Positions 58,549 to 64,000 of a stretch of 64,000 nt of DNA are shown one piece after another. The stretch comes from an uncultured Caulobacterales bacterium (GTDB lineage Bacteria; Pseudomonadota; Alphaproteobacteria; Caulobacterales; Maricaulaceae), in the NCBI GenBank assembly GCA_937929915.1, contig CALFUN010000037.1:20676-84675 (forward strand). Reading direction: 5' to 3'. How positions within the stretch are numbered: position 1 is the stretch's first letter; each line of letters starts with the position of its first letter. A program made the position numbers and the translations under genes. The notes under the pieces are model-generated. The model had not been told where the DNA came from, searched no databases, and saw only the letters and a list, made by a program, of their open reading frames with translations.

Positions 58549-60132
58549 TTAGGCTTTGAGTATATCCTCGACAGCTTCGATTTGGGCGTTAAAAGTTGCG
58601 TCTTGCGCGCGTAGCTCATCAATGCGCTTGACCGCATGCATAACCGTTGTGTGGTCACGTCCGCCAAAGCGGCGTCCAATGTCGGGCAAAGACCGCTTGG
58701 TCATTTTTTTGCACAGATACATAGCCACTTGGCGCGGACGTGCAATCACGCGCGCACGACGTTTGGACACCATATCCGTTAGAGTGACTTTAAACACGTC
58801 ACACACGGCGCGCTGGATGCGGTCAACGGTGAGGCGTTGACCCGTCATGTAGCGCGAATCCGATAGAGTTTCTTGCACGGTTTCTAGTGAAATGGGCGTG
58901 CCTAGAAACTCACTTTGTGCCACGATTTGATTAAAGGCACCTTCAAGATCGCGCGGCGTAGCGTTCATACGGGCTGCCAGATGGTCGCGAGCATTTTGCG
59001 GAATAGCCAGACTTGCATTGCCAGTCATGCGGCGACGGGCAATGAGGCGGTCTAAAATTCGCAAACGTAATTCATAATCGGCAGGGCCAATTTTACAGAC
59101 AAGCCCGCTTGATAGATAGGATTTTAGCCGTTCAGAGGCTTTATCAATTTTATCAGGATGACGATCCGCTGCGATGATGATTTGGCGACCTGAATCGACA
59201 AGGCTAATGAGTGTGTGCAAGAACTCTTCTTGGCTACCAGGTTTATCGGTAATAAAATGGGCATCATCAATAATCAGAAGATCGACATCGCGCAGGCTCG
59301 TTTTAAACGCATTAATCGCCTCGCGGCCCGACCCGCGTACAGAGGCGACAAAGGCTGAGACAAAATTTTCGGCGCTCATAAATTTAACGCGGTGTTCTGG
59401 TGTGTTGACTTGTAGCATATTTTCAATCGCATAGAGTAGATGCGTTTTACCCATGCCATTGGCGCCGTGCAGAACTATCGGGTTAAATTGCACGGGCTTT
59501 GCACTGGCCACTTGGCGCGCGACAGCGACAGCAAGCTCATTTGAAGGGCCGACAACAAAATTATCAAATGTTAGCCGCGCGCGTTGCCGATCATTGGCAT
59601 GCAAGGGGGCATCTTGTTTTGCATCTGCGTTCGCGGCGCTCATATTTGGGCGTGAATGATGCGATGATGGGTTATGTGCAGGTGAGTTAACCGCGACTAT
59701 ATTGGCCCCGCGTGTCTCTGTTGCCAGTTTGTAGTTTTGATGGGGCGTTGATTTTTGGGCTGTTCCATGTGCGGAGCTTACAAGTATAGACACATTGCGA
59801 GGCGGGTCGACACGGTCATATTTTTTCCACAGACGACGCAAAGTATCCGCATATTGATTTTCTATTTTTGACGCGATGAATTTTGATGGCGCGCCGAGTG
59901 TGACAGTATTGGCATCGGCATGCATGATGCGCAAACGAGCTGTCCAAGAGCGGTGGACATTTGGCCCGAGCGCATAGGATAAATCGGTTTTCACCTGCTT
60001 CCACGTATTATGGGCGCTGTGCAAAGGCGGCTCTCCTGTGTAAAGGTCTGGAGCTTTAGTGTGTGTCTGTTCTTGTGTCCCCGCGTGAACGGCTAGTGTG
60101 TTGCCCATACGCGTCTTAGTCATGTTAGCCAT
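58549..60132 (-). CDS. dnaA: Chromosomal replication initiator DnaA
   Basis: FDNFVVG.SN, G.GKTHLL, RDLEGA and RDHTTV.HA motifs; exact start among several Met uncertain. Confidence 0.96.
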   Translation of the reverse strand: MANMTKTRMGNTLAVHAGTQEQTHTKAPDLYTGEPPLHSAHNTWKQVKTDLSYALGPNVHRSWTARLRIMHADANTVTLGAPSKFIASKIENQYADTLRRLWKKYDRVDPPRNVSILVSSAHGTAQKSTPHQNYKLATETRGANIVAVNSPAHNPSSHHSRPNMSAANADAKQDAPLHANDRQRARLTFDNFVVGPSNELAVAVARQVASAKPVQFNPIVLHGANGMGKTHLLYAIENMLQVNTPEHRVKFMSAENFVSAFVASVRGSGREAINAFKTSLRDVDLLIIDDAHFITDKPGSQEEFLHTLISLVDSGRQIIIAADRHPDKIDKASERLKSYLSSGLVCKIGPADYELRLRILDRLIARRRMTGNASLAIPQNARDHLAARMNATPRDLEGAFNQIVAQSEFLGTPISLETVQETLSDSRYMTGQRLTVDRIQRAVCDVFKVTLTDMVSKRRARVIARPRQVAMYLCKKMTKRSLPDIGRRFGGRDHTTVMHAVKRIDELRAQDATFNAQIEAVEDILKA

Positions 60133-60569
60133 TTAATTCGTCACCCATAATTACCCATAGGGTTAGCCAAGGCTAATCCTATGAATTAACAATATTATTT
60201 GCTGGATACAGCCACCAAGAAATTATGGCCGCTATGTCCCCCCAGTCGTAATATATACGTAAAGAATGTAGCGATAGCAGGCTTGCTATCTCTTATTCTT
60301 TGCCAAGAATGCTAAGTCGCATGTGGCGTTACAGCTTCTTTAAACAGACTCTTTTCAAGCACGTCAATGTGGAAATTTTCATGAATCTGCTGTATTAAAA
60401 CTTGACTCAAAAAAAAGCTAAGAATCTAGCAGACTTAGCTATGAAAAAAAGAATCATATTTTTTAACTTTTTTTTAAGTCAAATACATGCGCTGTTTCGG
60501 CGAAGCTTATTGTGATTTTTATCAATATATTATCATGTAAAATATGAGGTGAAATCGGAATTTTTGGCA

Positions 60570-60600
60570 TAAAAAAACTGAGGCTCTCGCCTCAGTATTT
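60570..60600 (-). terminator. Intrinsic terminator downstream of rpsT
   Basis: ACTGAGGC stem with 4-nt loop, followed by a T run on the minus strand. Confidence 0.75.
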
Positions 60601-60629
60601 TAAAAACAAACATGTATCGTTTATGCGCG

Positions 60630-60893
60630 TTAAGCGATAGCCTTTACGCGTTTATTCAAGCGCGAGATTTTACGGCTTGCTGTGTTCTTGTGATACACGC
60701 CTTTTGAGACAGCGCGCATAATTGCGGGCTCGGCGAGTTTGAGTGCGTCATTGGCAGCAGCCTTATCGCCCGCTGTGATCGCATCTTCAACTTTGCGCAA
60801 AGTCGAGCGCACCATAGAGCGGCGTGTTTTGTTCACGGCTGTCTTACGGGCCATTTTACGTACGTTTTTCTTGGCTGATGAAGTATTCGCCAT
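60630..60893 (-). CDS. rpsT: 30S ribosomal protein S20
   Basis: MANTSSAKK...[16 protein letters not shown]. Confidence 0.96.
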   Translation of the reverse strand: MANTSSAKKNVRKMARKTAVNKTRRSMVRSTLRKVEDAITAGDKAAANDALKLAEPAIMRAVSKGVYHKNTASRKISRLNKRVKAIA

Positions 60894-61003
60894 ATTATCC
60901 TCAGAGTATTGCCCTGCATCTGGCAGGAGATTCAAATTTCAAGCGCCGCCTATAGACGTAGCACGGGGCTACGTCAACAGGCATAGATGCCAAATTCTAC
61001 GTG

Positions 61004-61780
61004 TTATTTATTCTTGAAATGTGGTTTACGTTTTTCCGTAAACGCACTCATGCCTTCTTTTTGGTCATGGGTGCTAAACATGGAATGAAATAAACGGCGT
61101 TCAAATTGAATACCTTGTGTGAGCGTGGTGTCAAAAGATGTATTGATCGTTTCTTTGGTCATCATCGCGATAGGCTGGCTTTGCGCGGCGATTTTATGGG
61201 CGGCCTCTTTGGCGGTAGACATTAAATCGTCTAAGGGTACAACGCGCGAGACAAGCCCAGAGCGCTCGGCTTCCTCGGCCAGCATCATACGGCCCGTCAG
61301 GCACATATCCATGGCTTTGGCCTTGCCTACGGCTTTGGTGAGGCGCTGCGTACCGCCCATACCCGGCATGACGCCAAGTGTGATTTCAGGTTGGCCAAAC
61401 TTTGCAGTCTCTGCCGCAATGATAAAGTCACACATCATGGCAATCTCGCAGCCCCCGCCGAGTGCATAGCCTGATACTGCGGCGATAATCGGTTTACGAA
61501 AGCGTTCAATGGCGCAATGCTTATTCCCAAAATCATCATGTTTGTAATTATAAAGATATGTCGTGTCTTGCATTTCTTTGATGTCAGCCCCCGCCGCGAA
61601 AGCTTTGTCAGAGCCTGTGACGATGACACAGCCAATATTGTCATCTTTTTCGAGCTTGGTTAAAGCATCAGCGACTTCGCCCATCATCTTATTATTCAGC
61701 GCATTAAGCGCTTTGGGGCGGTCAAGTTGAATGATGGCCACACCGCCATCTGTCGTGATTTCTATATTGTCGTAAGGCAT
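61004..61780 (-). CDS. Enoyl-CoA hydratase (crotonase family)
   Basis: [15 protein letters not shown] and FGQPE motifs. Confidence 0.92.
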   Translation of the reverse strand: MPYDNIEITTDGGVAIIQLDRPKALNALNNKMMGEVADALTKLEKDDNIGCVIVTGSDKAFAAGADIKEMQDTTYLYNYKHDDFGNKHCAIERFRKPIIAAVSGYALGGGCEIAMMCDFIIAAETAKFGQPEITLGVMPGMGGTQRLTKAVGKAKAMDMCLTGRMMLAEEAERSGLVSRVVPLDDLMSTAKEAAHKIAAQSQPIAMMTKETINTSFDTTLTQGIQFERRLFHSMFSTHDQKEGMSAFTEKRKPHFKNK

Positions 61781-61825
61781 TCTGGCCTCCTTTATTATCT
61801 TTAGGCGGCCCTTTAGCTTTAGTTT

Positions 61826-62677
61826 TTAGTGCTGACAAGCCCCACAGAAAAACGTGCTGCGCCCGCCTTGCGTAATGCGCTGCACAGGGGCGGCACAATC
61901 GGGGCAGGGATTGTTCTCTTGGCCGTAAACCCGAAACCTGTGTTGAAAATAGCCCAAATCGCCATCTGTGTTCGCAAAGTCGCGCAAGGATGAGCCGCCT
62001 GCCTCTATAGCTTCGGCCAAAATATCTTTAATATGGCGAACCAGAATGTCTGTCTCGTTCTGCTTTAATTTGCCAGCGGCGCGCTGCGGGTTGATGCGGG
62101 CGCGGTGCAAAGCTTCGCAGACATATATATTGCCAAGGCCCGCCACAATGCGTTGATCGAGCAATGCGGTTTTAATTTGGCTCTTTTTATCTTTGAGACG
62201 TGCGCGCAGTTCTGGTGCGTTAAATTGATTGGAGAGCGGCTCAGGCCCGATATGATCAAGGCGGTAGGTTTCACCAGGCGCGACAAGTTCCATGAACCCA
62301 AAGCGCCGTGTGTCATTATATGTAATACGCGCGCCGTCTTGGCCGTGTTGATCTTGCATCTCAAAAACTACATGGTCATGTTTGGCCGTGCCGCCCGTTT
62401 CGCGTTGATAGCGGCCTTGTGGTTTGTCATTGATTGTAAAGCGTCCCGACATGCCCAGATGCATGAACAGCCTATCGCCTGACGACAGCTCGGCTTGTAG
62501 AAATTTTGCTCGCCGAGACAGCCGCGTTAGGGTTTGGCCCTCAAGGCGCTGCTTGAATTTCGGATCAAAGGGAAAGCGTAAATTTGTACGGTTTAAGGTA
62601 ACGCGGCCAAAGACTTGCCCCTCCATCACGGGGGCAAGGCCGCGCTTGACGGTTTCAACCTCAGGAAGCTCTGGCAC
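61826..62677 (-). CDS. mutM: Formamidopyrimidine-DNA glycosylase
   Basis: MPELPEVET, HLGMSG, GLGNIY and C-terminal C..C...C..CQ zinc finger. Confidence 0.96.
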   Translation of the reverse strand: MPELPEVETVKRGLAPVMEGQVFGRVTLNRTNLRFPFDPKFKQRLEGQTLTRLSRRAKFLQAELSSGDRLFMHLGMSGRFTINDKPQGRYQRETGGTAKHDHVVFEMQDQHGQDGARITYNDTRRFGFMELVAPGETYRLDHIGPEPLSNQFNAPELRARLKDKKSQIKTALLDQRIVAGLGNIYVCEALHRARINPQRAAGKLKQNETDILVRHIKDILAEAIEAGGSSLRDFANTDGDLGYFQHRFRVYGQENNPCPDCAAPVQRITQGGRSTFFCGACQH

Positions 62678-62683
62678 GTGACT

Positions 62684-63391
62684 TTATTTTGCAGGGCCAG
62701 TGGATACAGCCACCATGGCGGCGCGCAAAGTTCTCTCGCCGAGCGTAAAGCCTGTTTGCATAACAGTTGCAACATTGCCTTTATCTTCATCAGAAGGGAC
62801 TTGCGCAACGGCTTGGTGAACATTCGGGTCAAATTTTGACCCAACACCTGGCACGGTCTTAACGCCGTGGCGTGATAAGGTCAGAATAAGATCTTTTTCT
62901 GTTAGCTCAATCCCGTCGACAAGGTTTTTTGCGTTCTCGCCAAGGTCTTCTTTATTTGTCCCCGCCAAAGTCATGAGAGCACGCGATAAATTGTCATGCA
63001 CGGATAAGACATCAAGGGCAAAGCGTTCAATCCCAAATATCCGCGCGGCGTTGACTTCGCGCTCGGCGCGTTTCTTGACGTTTTCAGCATCTGCCATAGC
63101 GCGCAGAGCTTGGTCTTTGAGCGCCGCTAATTCAGCCTGCACTTCTTCTGTGCGTTTCACGGCCTGTTGCAGCGGGGTTAGCGTTTCAGCGTCTTCTGCA
63201 CCAGCTTCACCCGCGTCTTTTCCAGCCGTGTCTTTTTCGGCAGCCTCTTTAGCGGCGCGGTCTGCCATGCCTGCTTTTTCAGCATCAATCGCGGCTTGCA
63301 GCGCATCCAGTTCTGCATCGCTAGGCATCCCGTCACCCGAAGGCGTAGAGGCATCCATGAAAGGGGTATCTGATGTTTTCTTACCAACCAT
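62684..63391 (-). CDS. grpE: Nucleotide exchange factor GrpE
   Basis: RAMADAEN, FDPNVHQAV and G..L.ERTLRAAMV motifs. Confidence 0.94.
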   Translation of the reverse strand: MVGKKTSDTPFMDASTPSGDGMPSDAELDALQAAIDAEKAGMADRAAKEAAEKDTAGKDAGEAGAEDAETLTPLQQAVKRTEEVQAELAALKDQALRAMADAENVKKRAEREVNAARIFGIERFALDVLSVHDNLSRALMTLAGTNKEDLGENAKNLVDGIELTEKDLILTLSRHGVKTVPGVGSKFDPNVHQAVAQVPSDEDKGNVATVMQTGFTLGERTLRAAMVAVSTGPAK

Positions 63392-63414
63392 TGTGACAAT
63401 CCTTATGTCGTATC

Positions 63415-64000
63415 TTATTTTCGTTCAGAGCCGAGCCAGCGCCCGACCAGTTGCGCGGTGTAATCCACCATCGGTATCACCCGCGCGTAATTAAGTCGTG
63501 TTGGGCCAATGACCCCTAATGCGCCCAATATGTTTTGGTCTTGGTCGCGATAGGGCGCTATCACAACACTGGAGCCTGACAAGGAAAATAATGGATTTTC
63601 TGTGCCAATAAATATTTTTACGCCGTCCGCTGTTTCTGTTCTATCCAAAAGTGCGATGAGGTCTTCTTTGCGCTCTAGATCGTCAAACAACATCCGTATG
63701 CGCTCCAAATCGGTTTGCGCTTCCAAATTGTCAAGGAGGTGTCCTTGCCCGCGGACGATTAAAGAGCGTTTTTCTGATGTTTTTTGCAGTGACTCTTTAC
63801 CTTTGGCCTCGCCGGCCCATTCTGCAAGGCCCGCTTTTATCAAATTCTGTGCGGCTGCATCAATTTCCGCTTGGCCTTTGGCGATTTCATCTAAAATCTC
63901 CAGACGAGCTTCGGATAAGCGGCGACCCTTTAGGCGCGCGGACAGAAAATTCCCTGCCCGCTCTAATGAAGCAGGCAGCAAGCCTTCGGGGCGCGGCATG
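63415..64000 (-). CDS. hrcA: Heat-inducible transcription repressor HrcA, 5'-partial
   Basis: VKIFIG.EN...SVVIAPY...GALGVIGPTRLNYARVIPMV. Confidence 0.94.
   Translation of the reverse strand, partial: MPRPEGLLPASLERAGNFLSARLKGRRLSEARLEILDEIAKGQAEIDAAAQNLIKAGLAEWAGEAKGKESLQKTSEKRSLIVRGQGHLLDNLEAQTDLERIRMLFDDLERKEDLIALLDRTETADGVKIFIGTENPLFSLSGSSVVIAPYRDQDQNILGALGVIGPTRLNYARVIPMVDYTAQLVGRWLGSERK

Noticed and set aside
60133-60629. oriC between dnaA and rpsT
   Set aside because: Only one weak DnaA-box-like 9-mer (TGTGGAAAT at 60368); no box cluster
56189-63494. Long antisense ORFs over recF, dnaN, dnaA and grpE
   Set aside because: Typical reverse-frame shadows of conserved genes with no independent motifs

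Overview
Chromosomal window of an alphaproteobacterium. gcrA, the hrcA-grpE-mutM-ech-rpsT-dnaA-dnaN-recF block and a Caulobacter-type DnaA point to Caulobacterales/Maricaulales; this is inference, with no database search run. Most of the window is housekeeping and envelope genes: photolyase, MsrA, glycosyltransferases, MurI, PrmC, IF-3, a PhoR-like kinase, a tripartite RND pump, an M13 peptidase, RlmN, GcrA, ArgD/ArgF, a TonB-dependent receptor, FtsK and replication genes. Two accessory blocks stand out. (1) An ~8 kb element integrated in tRNA-Leu(CAA), bounded by a perfect 58-bp direct repeat (4527-4584 / 12520-12577). It encodes a P4-type integrase, a primase and an SF3 helicase that are one G away from being a single gene, an Xis/AlpA-like HTH protein, a YozE-like protein, an XRE regulator and a lipoprotein. 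It also carries a coupled two-gene cargo (soluble 351-aa protein plus 4-TM protein), the best candidate here for an undescribed anti-phage system. No capsid or terminase genes are present. (2) A type II C5-methyltransferase/endonuclease pair whose endonuclease is broken by one in-frame TGA. Non-coding highlights are four helically phased NrdR-box-like motifs in the gcrA promoter region and a three-hairpin candidate sRNA between ubiH and recF. A secreted protein with ten (Y/H)GS(G/S) repeats sits co-oriented with a GNAT and a GT-C/GT2 pair. All protein family calls come from motif recognition by eye.
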